From positions 22,729 through 86,728 of the forward strand of contig CAIQQJ010000131.1 in assembly GCA_903873905.1 (NCBI GenBank): a stretch of 64,000 nucleotides of DNA. The letters run 5' to 3'. The stretch is from an uncultured Flavobacteriales bacterium (GTDB lineage: Bacteria; Bacteroidota; Bacteroidia; Palsa-965). Positions 44,074 through 54,069 of the stretch are shown one piece after another. Every line of letters starts with the position of its first letter. Within the stretch, counting starts at the first letter, position 1. Below the pieces are notes generated by a model that worked only from the letters and a program-made list of their open reading frames with translations, had not been told where the DNA came from and ran no database searches. A program made the position numbers and the translations under genes.

Positions 44074-46659
44074 ATGCTATCAATTGAAATGTCAAAAAAA
44101 ACAGCAAAAGGAAAGGACGCTGTCACTGCCGGATTCTCCTATGAGGAAGTGTTCAAAGCGTGTGTCGAATATTTTAACGGTGATGAAATGGCGGCATCCA
44201 CTTGGATGAATAAGTATGCCATGAAAGATAAGTCTGGTAATTTTCTGGAAACCACTCCTAACGATATGTTCGTGAGAATGGCAAAGGAATTTGCTTCCAA
44301 AGAAAAAGAATATAAAGTCAAATCAAGATTGGACGGAAACAGACGTAACCTATCTAAGTATGGACAAGAACGTGAATTCCTTTCCGAAGAAAAGATTTAT
44401 GAATTATTCAAAGGATTCAAATATGTAATTCCACAAGGAAGTGTCATGTCATCGCTTGGAAATCCAAACGTCATTGCATCACTTTCCAATTGTATCGTAC
44501 TGCCGGAAATTTATGATTCCTATGGCGGAATTTTCTATACCGATCAACAAATGGCGCAACTCTTTAAAAGAAGATGCGGTGTAGGAGTTGATCTTTCTAC
44601 TGTTCGTCCACAAGGCATGAGTGTTTCAAATGCTGCAGGAACAACTACAGGAGCCGTTTCCTTCATGGAACGTTTCTCCAACACTACACGTGAAGTGGCG
44701 CAGAACGGAAGAAGAGGCGCACTCATGATCACATTAGACATCGCGCATCCCGACATTCAAAAATTCATTACCGTTAAACAGGATTTGGCAAAAGTAACTG
44801 GAGCAAATATCTCCGTAAGACTTTCCGATGAATTCATGGAAGCTGTAGTGAAAAATGAAGATTACAACTTGAGATTCCCTATCGACAGCGAAACACCAGA
44901 GTTCACTAAAACGATAAAAGCAAAAGAACTTTGGGATGTCATCATTAAATGTGCACACAACACTGCTGAACCTGGTTTGATTTTCTGGGATCGTCAACAT
45001 AAATATTCCACCTCATCAGTTTATCCTGGATTTAAAAACGTTTCTACCAATCCTTGTTCTGAAATTGCAATGCAAGGTGGTGACAGTTGCCGTTTGATTG
45101 CCTTGAATCTTTACAATTTTGTTGAAGAGCCTTTCTCGGAAAATGCAAAATTCAATTATGAAAAATTCTCTGAAGTAACTTATGAAGCGCAACGCTTGAT
45201 GGATGATTTGGTTGATTTGGAATTGGACGCCATCACTCGCATTCTCGCAAAAGTTGCAAAAGACAAAGAGCCTGATTACATCAAGCAAGTTGAAATTGAC
45301 ACTTGGAAATTACTTTACGATTCCGGAAAAAAAGGAAGACGTACAGGTTTGGGATTCACTGCACTTGCAGATGCAATGGCTGCACTCAATCTGAAATTCG
45401 ATTCTAATGAAGCCATTGAAGAAGTGGAGAAAATCATGCGTGCAAAATGTGCCGCTGAATTCGACAGCTCTATTGACATGGCAATTGAACGCGGAAAATT
45501 CAACAACTTCAATCCAGTTATTGAAAACACGTCTGAATTCATTGGAATGATGCAACATGAATTTCCTGCGATCTACCAACGCATGATGAAATTCGGAAGA
45601 AGAAATATTTCCATCAGCACTGTTGCTCCAACAGGAACATTAAGCATGCTCGCACAATCCTCTTCAGGAATTGAACCTGTTTTCATGCTTTCTTATACAA
45701 GAAGAAGAAAAGTAAATCCACAGGACAAAACAGTCAAAGTTGATTTCGTTGATCCTATGGGCGATTCTTGGCAGGAATTCACAGTTTACCATCATGCCTT
45801 GAAAAATTGGATGAAAGTTACTGGTGAAACGGATATTGCAAAAAGTCCTTATGCCGGTTCTACAGCGCAGGAAATTGATTGGAAACAAAGAGTTGAAATG
45901 CAAGCGGTCGTTCAGAAATATACCACGCACTCCATTTCCAGCACCATCAATTTGTCAAATGATGTAACAGAACAAACAGTAAGTGATATTTATCTTGAAT
46001 CTTGGAAAAAAGGTTTGAAAGGAATTACCGTTTACAGAGATGGTTCTAGAGCTGGCGTTTTGGTTTCTAATGATAAGAAAGAAGTTAAACCAACAAATAA
46101 TATCATTGAATCACAACCACCGAAACGTCCGAAAAAATTGGATGCGGAAGTAATGCGTTTCATGAATGGAAATGAAAAGTGGATTGCTGTTGTTGGTTTG
46201 TTGAATGGTCAACCTTACGAAGTGTTCACAGGAAAAGCGGAAGATTCTATTATGATTCCTTCTTGGGTGGAAAAAGGTTGGGTTATGAAAAACCTCAACG
46301 ACGAAGGAAAAAAACAATACGATTTCCAATTCAAGGATAAAGAAGGTTATCGTGTTACCATTGAAGGATTGTCGAGATCGTTCAATAAGGAATATTGGAA
46401 TTACGCAAAATTAATTTCTGGCGTATTGCGTCACGGAATGCCAATCATTCATGTTGTGGATTTAATTGAGAACATGAATTTGGATAACGTCACCATCAAC
46501 ACATGGAAAACCGGCGTGGAGAGAGCATTGAAAAAATATATTCCAGACGGAACAAAAGCATTGGATCACAAATGTGGTGAGTGCGGAGATCCTGAAGGAT
46601 TAGTGTTTGAGGAAGGCTGTTTGAAATGCAAGAGCTGCGGACATTCCAAGTGCGGGTAA
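44074..46659 (+). CDS. nrdJ: adenosylcobalamin-dependent ribonucleotide reductase (class II, NrdJ)
   Basis: 861-aa ORF. RNR barrel motifs (NPCSEI active-site Cys, GxGxxL...). C-terminal Cys-rich tail CGECGD...CLKCKSCGHSKCG. No beta-subunit gene adjacent. Confidence 0.85.
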   Translation: MLSIEMSKKTAKGKDAVTAGFSYEEVFKACVEYFNGDEMAASTWMNKYAMKDKSGNFLETTPNDMFVRMAKEFASKEKEYKVKSRLDGNRRNLSKYGQEREFLSEEKIYELFKGFKYVIPQGSVMSSLGNPNVIASLSNCIVLPEIYDSYGGIFYTDQQMAQLFKRRCGVGVDLSTVRPQGMSVSNAAGTTTGAVSFMERFSNTTREVAQNGRRGALMITLDIAHPDIQKFITVKQDLAKVTGANISVRLSDEFMEAVVKNEDYNLRFPIDSETPEFTKTIKAKELWDVIIKCAHNTAEPGLIFWDRQHKYSTSSVYPGFKNVSTNPCSEIAMQGGDSCRLIALNLYNFVEEPFSENAKFNYEKFSEVTYEAQRLMDDLVDLELDAITRILAKVAKDKEPDYIKQVEIDTWKLLYDSGKKGRRTGLGFTALADAMAALNLKFDSNEAIEEVEKIMRAKCAAEFDSSIDMAIERGKFNNFNPVIENTSEFIGMMQHEFPAIYQRMMKFGRRNISISTVAPTGTLSMLAQSSSGIEPVFMLSYTRRRKVNPQDKTVKVDFVDPMGDSWQEFTVYHHALKNWMKVTGETDIAKSPYAGSTAQEIDWKQRVEMQAVVQKYTTHSISSTINLSNDVTEQTVSDIYLESWKKGLKGITVYRDGSRAGVLVSNDKKEVKPTNNIIESQPPKRPKKLDAEVMRFMNGNEKWIAVVGLLNGQPYEVFTGKAEDSIMIPSWVEKGWVMKNLNDEGKKQYDFQFKDKEGYRVTIEGLSRSFNKEYWNYAKLISGVLRHGMPIIHVVDLIENMNLDNVTINTWKTGVERALKKYIPDGTKALDHKCGECGDPEGLVFEEGCLKCKSCGHSKCG

Positions 46660-46687
46660 TTTGTAAATGATTTTGGAATTTATTTTG

Positions 46688-46718
46688 AAGGCTGTTCTTA
46701 ATTGGACAGCCTTTTTTT
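46688..46718 (+). terminator. rho-independent terminator of nrdJ
   Basis: AAGGCTGTTC-TTAATT-GGACAGCCTT followed by TTTTTTT. Confidence 0.8.
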
Positions 46719-46791
46719 GATTGCACTAAATCCCACGATGCTAAGTGAAACGTCGGGGCTTTTGGGAATTTTTATCAATTAATTTAAAAAC

Positions 46792-46826
46792 AAAAAAAGC
46801 ATCCCATTTCTGAGATGCTTTTCTTA
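46792..46826. terminator. bidirectional hairpin terminator adjacent to the tRNA-Phe 3' end
   Basis: AAAAAAAGCATC-CCATTTCTGA-GATGCTTTTCTT: GCATC/GATGC stem flanked by an A-run and a T-run. Confidence 0.6.
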
Positions 46827-46830
46827 ATGA

Positions 46831-46906
46831 TGGTGGTTCGGGGCGGAATTGAACCGTCGACACATAGATTTTCAGTCTATTGCTCTACCAACTGAGCTAC
46901 CGAACC
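46831..46906 (-). tRNA. tRNA-Phe (anticodon GAA)
   Basis: Reverse complement reads GGTTCGGTAGCTCAGTTGGTAGAGC-A-ATAGA-CTGAAAA-TCTAT-GTGTC-GACGG-TTCAATT-CCGCC-CCGAACC-A-CCA. Cloverleaf with a 7-bp acceptor stem, GAA anticodon and encoded CCA. Confidence 0.9.
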
Positions 46907-47052
46907 AACATTTTGTAGAACCAAACTTTCTTGGCTCTTCCCGAAAAAACGTCCTCTGAAAAATTTGAATCAGCTCAATCGGGCGGCAAATCTACTGATT
47001 AATTTAAAAAGGAGAAATATTTCCTCATCATTCTCCCTAGCTTTGCTGTCAA

Positions 47053-47793
47053 ATGGAATATCGACTCGTCCTCGATTTTGGCAATACGGCCCTGAAAGCC
47101 ACTATTTACCGCGATGGTGAAGTATTTGCACAAACAAATTTGGATGCACCAACTACCGAAGAAATTCTTGCATTTTCCACCAGCAAGCCCATAAAGTGTG
47201 CAATTCTCGGTTCTGTGGTCAACCATTCTCCCAATATTATTGCAGAATTGGCTCCTTTATTCCCCTTAATTATTCTCGGACCTACCACACCTCTTCCCAT
47301 TACCAATAAATATTCCACTGAAGATACCCTCGGTTATGACCGAATTGCGGCTGCGGTTCAGGCTTGGCAACTTTTTCCCAATACACCCGTCTTGGCCATA
47401 GTGGCTGGAACTTGCATTACTTATAACGTTGTGGATGGAAATGGAAATTTCCTTGGAGGTGCCATTTCTCCTGGCCTTCACATGCGTATTGAGGCAATGC
47501 ATGAGAAAACCCAAAAACTCCCTCTTATTAAGCTCAAGGGCGAACATCCATTGACAGGAACCACAACTGAGACTTCATTGCGCTCAGGCGTTTACAATGG
47601 AACTGTGGCCGAATTGGAAGGAATGATTTACCATTATCTCAAACAATATCCCGGACTGAATACAGTTATTGGCGGTGGAGATGCCACACTTTTGGCAGAA
47701 GCCCTGAAAAATGTCATCTTTGCACGCCCAAATCTTGTAGCTCAAGGGCTTTATAGCATTCTAGAATACCATGTCGCAAACCACCTGCTTTAA
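47053..47793 (+). CDS. coaX: type III pantothenate kinase
   Basis: 246-aa ORF. N-terminal LVLDFGNTALK motif. Internal GGGDA. Confidence 0.85.
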   Translation: MEYRLVLDFGNTALKATIYRDGEVFAQTNLDAPTTEEILAFSTSKPIKCAILGSVVNHSPNIIAELAPLFPLIILGPTTPLPITNKYSTEDTLGYDRIAAAVQAWQLFPNTPVLAIVAGTCITYNVVDGNGNFLGGAISPGLHMRIEAMHEKTQKLPLIKLKGEHPLTGTTTETSLRSGVYNGTVAELEGMIYHYLKQYPGLNTVIGGGDATLLAEALKNVIFARPNLVAQGLYSILEYHVANHLL

Positions 47794-49333
47794 ATCTGTT
47801 TTGAAATTTGTGTTGATCGGTGGATGTTGTCTGAATTTATTTTCAGATTTACATGCGCAGAATCCCGCTGTTCTTCAAACTGTTTCTCCTTATTCTCGAT
47901 TTGGAATCGGGGAATTTCAAATGAACGGTGCGATGATAAATTCCGGAATGGGCGGAGGTGGAATTGGAATTCGAAATGATTCATTGATTCCACAATATTT
48001 CAATTTCTCAAATCCTTCTTCACTGACTTCAAATAGTTTTGTGTCGTATGAGATTTCCCTTTTGAGTAATACAGTTCAACTTAGCAATACAACTCAAAAA
48101 GGAACATTCAACAGAACCACACTTGGTAATTTTTCACTTGCATTTCCCGTAACAAAATGGTGGGGCGCTGGATTCGGACTTGTTCCTTATTCTTCCGTTG
48201 GATATAATGTTTCAACTCCTGACACTGTTGCTGGCGTTGGACCTGTTACTTACAAATACGAAGGATCAGGTGGTGTGAATGAGGTTTTTTTATCAAATGG
48301 ATTTCGTCCTTTTGCAGGAGCTCCACGTCATTATTTGCTTTCTACCAAATATGAAAACTTGAGAGCGGCAGGTGATACTTCAAGAATAAAAAAACAAACT
48401 CGTTGCAGAAATAATCTTGCAAATATTTCCATTGGTGTTCAAACTTCTTATTTATTCGGAACACTGAATAATGTTCGAAGAGATGTTTTCCCAACCGATT
48501 CACTTTTGTTCAATACAAAAATCACCAAGCGCACTGTTTTCCACGATGCATATTTGAATTATGGAATTCAGTATTCTTTTCGTTTCCGCAAATCATTAAA
48601 TCCGCTTTATGTGAATATGGCAGATTCAAGTGTTACAAGCAGAAAGTTTTTCCACAATCAATTTACTTATCTGCAAAATCACAAATCAGACACTGCAAAA
48701 ATATTTATTCATTATCCTGGCATTCGTGTTTCTTTTGGAATGGTATTTTCCTTGCCAACACAAATCAGTGTTGCAAATGATTGGTTGGGACAAACCTATA
48801 AGCAGATTGGAACAATCGAGCAATTCCGAGATACTGTTTTGAACAAAAGTGAAATTCCTTCTCAAGTTACAATACCTGCCATGTATGGTTTGGGATTTGC
48901 ACTTAAGAAAGATTACAAATGGATGTTCCAAGCGGACTACATGACACAAATGTGGAGTCAAGCAAGTGCTGGAAATGTAAATTACGGATTGAAAAATTCA
49001 CAACGCATTACCGCAGGATTCCAATTGCAGCCAAAACAAAATGGACGTGGTAAATACATGAGTGCAGTACAATATCGTTTGGGAGTGCGTTATTACCAAA
49101 CTTCATTGGAATTACACAACACACGCCTCACTGAAAACTCTGTGAATTTCGGAATGTCTTTCCCTGTTCCATACCGCACAAAATTGAGTGAACCTGTTTC
49201 GCGCGCAACTGTCAATTTTGAATACGGATTTCGCGGAACAACACAACAAGACCTTATTCGTGAAGATTTTTTCCGTGTGACTGTCGGCTTTACAATTAAT
49301 GACCGCTGGTTCTCACATTACAAGTACGACTAA
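47771..49333 (+). CDS. hypothetical secreted/outer-membrane protein
   Basis: 520-aa ORF with a signal peptide. Beta-rich, ends ...RWFSHYKYD. No family recognised. Overlaps the coaX stop by 23 nt. Confidence 0.5.
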   Translation: MSQTTCFKSVLKFVLIGGCCLNLFSDLHAQNPAVLQTVSPYSRFGIGEFQMNGAMINSGMGGGGIGIRNDSLIPQYFNFSNPSSLTSNSFVSYEISLLSNTVQLSNTTQKGTFNRTTLGNFSLAFPVTKWWGAGFGLVPYSSVGYNVSTPDTVAGVGPVTYKYEGSGGVNEVFLSNGFRPFAGAPRHYLLSTKYENLRAAGDTSRIKKQTRCRNNLANISIGVQTSYLFGTLNNVRRDVFPTDSLLFNTKITKRTVFHDAYLNYGIQYSFRFRKSLNPLYVNMADSSVTSRKFFHNQFTYLQNHKSDTAKIFIHYPGIRVSFGMVFSLPTQISVANDWLGQTYKQIGTIEQFRDTVLNKSEIPSQVTIPAMYGLGFALKKDYKWMFQADYMTQMWSQASAGNVNYGLKNSQRITAGFQLQPKQNGRGKYMSAVQYRLGVRYYQTSLELHNTRLTENSVNFGMSFPVPYRTKLSEPVSRATVNFEYGFRGTTQQDLIREDFFRVTVGFTINDRWFSHYKYD

Positions 49334-49346
49334 GCGCAAAGGCGCA

Positions 49347-49904
49347 ATGCTTCATACAAAACATTTTCTTTTTTTCGCTTCAGTTTTATTGCTGATGAGT
49401 GCTGCTTGTGTAAACGATCCGGCCAAGGTGAATTCTATTACCAAAAAAGAAAATCTCCCGCTGCTCACAGAGCACAATGTGGATGCGATCTATTCCGATT
49501 CCGCCAAAATAAAATTTCACATTACCGCTCCCGAATTGAATGAATTCGAGGGCCCGAGTCCATACGAGGAAATGCCGAAAGGAATTAAGGTGGAATTTTA
49601 TAACGACTCTGGAAAAATCGATGGATATCTTTCTTCCAATTATGCCGTCTACAAAAAAACTGAGCAGATTATGGAGGCAAAAGGCAAGGTCGTTTTTGTC
49701 AATACAAAAGGTGAAAAGCTGGAAACAGAACATCTCATTTGGGAACAAGCCAAAAAAAGAATTCATACCGATGCTTATGTTACAATAACGACTGGCAGCC
49801 AGATCATTTATGGCGATGGTCTTGAATCGGATGAGCTATTTGAAGATTATACAATTACCCACCCAAGGGGCATCATTGCCTTACCCGATGTGGATAAAAA
49901 ATAA
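49347..49904 (+). CDS. lptC: LPS export system protein LptC-like lipoprotein
   Basis: About 185 aa from MLHTKHF. Signal/lipobox (LMSAAC). LptC-like beta-jellyroll profile. Position after coaX is conserved in many Bacteroidota. Confidence 0.55.
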   Translation: MLHTKHFLFFASVLLLMSAACVNDPAKVNSITKKENLPLLTEHNVDAIYSDSAKIKFHITAPELNEFEGPSPYEEMPKGIKVEFYNDSGKIDGYLSSNYAVYKKTEQIMEAKGKVVFVNTKGEKLETEHLIWEQAKKRIHTDAYVTITTGSQIIYGDGLESDELFEDYTITHPRGIIALPDVDKK

Positions 49905-49910
49905 GGAAAA

Positions 49911-50135
49911 ATGAAACGTTATCTGCGATTAACCGAATACATCTGGATGATTCTTGCCATTCTTTGTGCAGGGGTGACAGCCTATTTCTTCATAATGAAA
50001 AACGAGGATAATGGCACTTTTGCAATGATGGTAACCTTATTTGCAGGCATCATGTACAGCCTTCGCCGCCGTTTCAATCGCCATGTGGAAAGAAAGCTTC
50101 AAGAGCAGGAAAAAATGGATGGGAATGGAAAGTGA
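49911..50135 (+). CDS. small membrane protein (hypothetical)
   Basis: 74-aa ORF with one or two TM helices. A 7-nt gap from the lptC-like gene. Confidence 0.35.
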   Translation: MKRYLRLTEYIWMILAILCAGVTAYFFIMKNEDNGTFAMMVTLFAGIMYSLRRRFNRHVERKLQEQEKMDGNGK

Positions 50136-50159
50136 TTAGGTTAATTGAGGTTATTTAGG

Positions 50160-50265
50160 GTGGATGGTTCGAAAATGAATTTTCCCAAATTACCCCAGTT
50201 CCCCCAGTTAGCCCAATTACCCAATCACCTAATTACCCAATTACCTAATTTCCTCAATCAAATAT
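50160..50265. repeat. short tandem repeat array of the CCCAAT(T/C)AC / GTGATTGGG family
   Basis: TTACCCCAGTTCCCCCAGTTAGCCCAATTACCCAATCACCTAATTACCCAATTACCTAATTTCC, upstream of the ppiD-like gene. It is the reverse complement of the units at 57281-57380. Confidence 0.7.
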
Positions 50266-50322
50266 TCCCTGTTTTCCCCATAAATCGTATCTTCGCCACC
50301 CTATTCTATTAAATATACAATC

Positions 50323-52482
50323 ATGACCATTCTTTCATCAATTCGGAGTCGCGTCGGCCTTTTGGTCGGAATTATTTTTCTTGCGCTCCTTTCATTCGTT
50401 TTAACTGATTTGTTCAATTCGCAACGTGGCCTTTTCGGCGGCAGTGGCGGTGACAATAGTGTCGGAGTCATTAACGGCCACACTATAACTATCAATGAAT
50501 ACCGCGCAAAACTGGATGAATACAGTGCCGGAAAAACATTGACTGAACAAGAGCAAAGTCAATTGTCAGATGGTATTTGGCAAGAGATGATTGACAAATA
50601 TATTTTTGAGCCGCAATACTCAACACTTGGCATCACTGTTACTGATGATGAACTTGCTGAACAGATGTACGGTGATCATCCTTCTTCCTACATGAATCAG
50701 TTTTTTCAGGATCGTCAAACAGGACAAGTGAATCCACAATTTGCGGGAGCGGATGGAACACTCAGCGGACAAAAAATTCGTGATTTTGTAAAAAAGATGC
50801 CAGCGGAAACAGAAGTTCAGTGGGCACAAATTGAGCGTGACATGCGCAAATATCTTTTGCATGAAAAATACAACACACTTCTACGCAAAGGATTTTACGT
50901 TACCTCTTCAGAAGCAAAACATGAATATGCTGATGAAAACACAAAATACAATTTCAAGTTCATCGTAAAAAAATTCAGTGAAATTGGCGATTCAACCATT
51001 AAATGTACAGATGCTGAATTGACTGATTATTACAATGCAAATCAAGTGAAATTCAAGCAAGCCGATAACATGCGCAGCATGGAGTATGTGGCATTTGATG
51101 TTTTCCCTTCCGCAGATGACATCGCAAGTCAACGCAAGGACATGGAAAATCTTGTTACTGAATTCAAATCCAAAAAAGCTGTTGAAGATTCTGCTTATGT
51201 TGTTGCAATGAATGAATCGGGAACTTATGCAAAAACATATTTACATCCTGGTCAATTCCCTGCAGGTTCTGATAGCTCTTTTCTTAAAGCATCCATTGGA
51301 GATGTACTAGGACCATTTAGCACAGGAGAAAATATTTCCTTGTACAAAGTACTTGGACAAAAAACATCCGTTGATTCTTGTAAAGTTCGTCACATCTTAA
51401 TTACCTATAAAGGAGGTGAACGCGCAGCACCAGAAATCACACGTTCTAAAATACAAGCGAAAGCTAAAGCAGATAGTATTCTTCGTGTTGTAAAATCTGG
51501 TAGAACCAAAATGGAAGACATCGTTGAAAAACTGACTGATGATCCAGGTTCCAAATCAGGCAACAAAGGAGATTATGGATGGTTCACTCCAGAAAGCGGA
51601 TTCGTAAAAGAATTCAAAGATGCTGGTTTCAATAATGCAAAAGGAGCAACAGTTGTAGTTGAAACTTCTTTTGGTTATCACGTTATTCAAGTCATTGACA
51701 AATCTGAAGCAAGTGCGAAAGTGCAGGTTGTTGCCATTGACAAAAAAGTAGAACCTTCCGAATCAACAATCAGATCGGTCTATAATAAAGCATCAGAATT
51801 TGCCGGTAGAAATATTACTGGAGAAGCTTTTGACGCTGCTGTCAAAAAAGATAACATGCAAGTTTTGAAAGCTGATCAGGTTTTGGAAAACACAAAATCA
51901 ATTAGTGGAATTGATAATCCAAAAGAAATTACGCGTTGGATGTACGATAATAAAACTATAGTTGGAACGGTTTCTCAACCCTTCCAAAGCACCAATCGTT
52001 ATTTGGTTTGTAACCTTACAAAAATTCTCAATAAAGGATTCAAACCTTTCAATGATGAATCGGTACAGGAAATTTGTTTGCTTGAAGTTCGCAAACAGAA
52101 AAAAGCGCAACAATTTATTGATGAACTCAACAAACAAAAAGGAACTTCTATTGATCAGTGGGGTGCCAATGCAAAAATCCCAGTTCAACCTGGCGCTAAC
52201 GTAACATTTGCTGCACCATACATGCAAGGAGCAGGTTATGAAGGAGCTGTTGTTGGAACACTTGCAACACTTGCACCTGGAAAACTTTCTGCACCAATTA
52301 AAGGCACAATGGGAGTTTATGTAGTTCAATTGGAAAGCGTTCAAAAACCTGCTCCAATAACGGATTTGAAATCCAAACAAATTCAATTGATTCAAGGCAT
52401 GGCCTCTAGAGCCGATCAAACTGCCGCTGATATTTTGAAAGACAAAGCAGACGTAACAGATAATCGCGCTAAACATTTTTAG
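50323..52482 (+). CDS. periplasmic chaperone / peptidyl-prolyl cis-trans isomerase, PpiD/SurA family (membrane-anchored)
   Basis: 719-aa ORF. N-terminal TM. Parvulin PPIase domain (VRHILITY...GDYGWFTPESGFVKEF...GYHVIQV). Confidence 0.8.
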   Translation: MTILSSIRSRVGLLVGIIFLALLSFVLTDLFNSQRGLFGGSGGDNSVGVINGHTITINEYRAKLDEYSAGKTLTEQEQSQLSDGIWQEMIDKYIFEPQYSTLGITVTDDELAEQMYGDHPSSYMNQFFQDRQTGQVNPQFAGADGTLSGQKIRDFVKKMPAETEVQWAQIERDMRKYLLHEKYNTLLRKGFYVTSSEAKHEYADENTKYNFKFIVKKFSEIGDSTIKCTDAELTDYYNANQVKFKQADNMRSMEYVAFDVFPSADDIASQRKDMENLVTEFKSKKAVEDSAYVVAMNESGTYAKTYLHPGQFPAGSDSSFLKASIGDVLGPFSTGENISLYKVLGQKTSVDSCKVRHILITYKGGERAAPEITRSKIQAKAKADSILRVVKSGRTKMEDIVEKLTDDPGSKSGNKGDYGWFTPESGFVKEFKDAGFNNAKGATVVVETSFGYHVIQVIDKSEASAKVQVVAIDKKVEPSESTIRSVYNKASEFAGRNITGEAFDAAVKKDNMQVLKADQVLENTKSISGIDNPKEITRWMYDNKTIVGTVSQPFQSTNRYLVCNLTKILNKGFKPFNDESVQEICLLEVRKQKKAQQFIDELNKQKGTSIDQWGANAKIPVQPGANVTFAAPYMQGAGYEGAVVGTLATLAPGKLSAPIKGTMGVYVVQLESVQKPAPITDLKSKQIQLIQGMASRADQTAADILKDKADVTDNRAKHF

Positions 52483-52492
52483 GCACCTCACC

Positions 52493-52525
52493 CAAAGTCC
52501 CTCTCCGAAAAGGAGAGGGACTTTG
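52493..52525 (+). terminator. hairpin terminator of the ppiD-like gene
   Basis: CAAAGTCCCTCTCC-GAAA-AGGAGAGGGACTTTG with a 14-bp perfect stem. A second weaker hairpin with a T-run at 52551-52581. Confidence 0.7.
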
Positions 52526-52664
52526 AAAATTTCAATCTTACTTTTTTTGAAAAGTCTCCTCCGAAATGGGGAGATTTTTTTGTCAGCTTCGATACATTTT
52601 CCCTTTTTGTCAGACAAGATTTCTATTGCAGATGAAAACATTTCTGTTGACAAAAATGAAAAAC

Positions 52665-52772
52665 ACTCAGTCTGACAAATAATATCAGACTGGGCACCTC
52701 AACCGATAGCCATCAGTCGGACAAAACAACCTTGTCAGACTGAGTGCCTCAACCGATAGCCATCGGTTGAGG
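52665..52772. repeat. composite direct and inverted repeat between the convergent ppiD-like and rodA genes
   Basis: Two roughly 30-bp direct copies of CAGACTG(G/A)G(C/T)GCCTCAACCGATAGCCATC. The second forms the perfect hairpin CCTCAACCGAT-AGCC-ATCGGTTGAGG. Flanking CACTCAGTCTGACA / TGTCAGACTGAGTG inverted arms. Confidence 0.65.
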
Positions 52773-52782
52773 TGTATCGAAG

Positions 52783-54069
52783 TCATCTCAGCACCAACAA
52801 TCTTTGAGAATCAAGTTTTACAAAAATGAAAAGTAAAATTGTAAAACTGATTAACGAAGATCCTCCATAACTGAAAAATGGAAGTGGAATTCCGATTACA
52901 GGGAGTAAGCCTATTGTCATTCCAATATTCACAACAAGGTGAATAAAAAAAACAGCCGCTACACCATAGCCATATATCCGCGTGAAGTCGGAACGTTGTC
53001 GCTCCGACATTATTATGAGCCTCATGATAAGTACGAGGTAGAGAATGATCACAACAGAAGTTCCTACAAAGCCCCACTCCTCTCCTACTGTGCAAAAAAT
53101 AAAATCAGTTTCCTGTTCTGGTACAAAACGAAATTTGGTTTGTGTTCCCTGTAAATATCCTTTTCCAGACCATCCACCTGAGCCAATTGCAATCATTGAC
53201 TGTTTTGTATTGTACCCAAAACGATCTTCCATTTGACGTGACACAGGAAGCCCCAACCACGATTTGATTCTACCTGTTTGATGTTCCGGCAATTTTTCCA
53301 TCACTTTTCCTGAGACGAGATACATGCTGGAAAAAACCGCAACAATTCCAAAAGTGAATAATATTTGTTTTGTCGTTCTACGCACCAACAATAACCTAAT
53401 TCCACCAATGACGAGTAAGATCAATGAAAAGATGGCAAGATGATTGGGATACTTCAATCCAACGACAACAGCAATAGCAACTAGAATACCGAACACCAAG
53501 ATTATTCCAGGAATAATTCCTTCACGATACATGACAACAATGAAAGCTGCAAAAACCAAAGCACAACCAGTTTCATTCTGCAACACGACAATAACAAAAA
53601 CCGGTAATGCAATGAACCCAAGAGTTACTGCTAATTTTGTAAGCCAATCCTGTTTTCCTACACCGCTCAAATATTTAGCAATTGCGAGACCTGTGGCCCA
53701 TTTGGCGAATTCAGCAGGTTGTAAACTAAGAGAACCGAATTTGAACCAAGAATGTGAGCCTCTAATATCAGTCCCTAAAAATCTGACAGCAATATTGAGA
53801 AGTATAATTCCTGAAAATAATATATATGCTGTTGCCGTAAAAAATGATGCATCGATTACAAGAATTGAAAATGCCAAAGCCATGGAAACAAAAATGAAAA
53901 TCATCTGTTTGCTTTCCAGTCGACTGAGATCAAAAATATTACTCTTGACATCATCATAAACGGCGGAATAAATATTCATCCATCCCATGATGATCAGCAC
54001 AAGATATATCCCAACTGTGAACCAGTCGACATTATAAAATATGCTGTCGCTTTTTTCTCTCATTCCCAA
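52783..54069 (-). CDS. rodA: rod shape-determining protein RodA (SEDS family peptidoglycan glycosyltransferase)
   Basis: 428-aa ORF with about 10 TMs and the FtsW/RodA/SpoVE profile. In the mreBCD-mrdA-rodA order. Confidence 0.85.
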   Translation of the reverse strand: MGMREKSDSIFYNVDWFTVGIYLVLIIMGWMNIYSAVYDDVKSNIFDLSRLESKQMIFIFVSMALAFSILVIDASFFTATAYILFSGIILLNIAVRFLGTDIRGSHSWFKFGSLSLQPAEFAKWATGLAIAKYLSGVGKQDWLTKLAVTLGFIALPVFVIVVLQNETGCALVFAAFIVVMYREGIIPGIILVFGILVAIAVVVGLKYPNHLAIFSLILLVIGGIRLLLVRRTTKQILFTFGIVAVFSSMYLVSGKVMEKLPEHQTGRIKSWLGLPVSRQMEDRFGYNTKQSMIAIGSGGWSGKGYLQGTQTKFRFVPEQETDFIFCTVGEEWGFVGTSVVIILYLVLIMRLIIMSERQRSDFTRIYGYGVAAVFFIHLVVNIGMTIGLLPVIGIPLPFFSYGGSSLISFTILLFIFVKLDSQRLLVLR

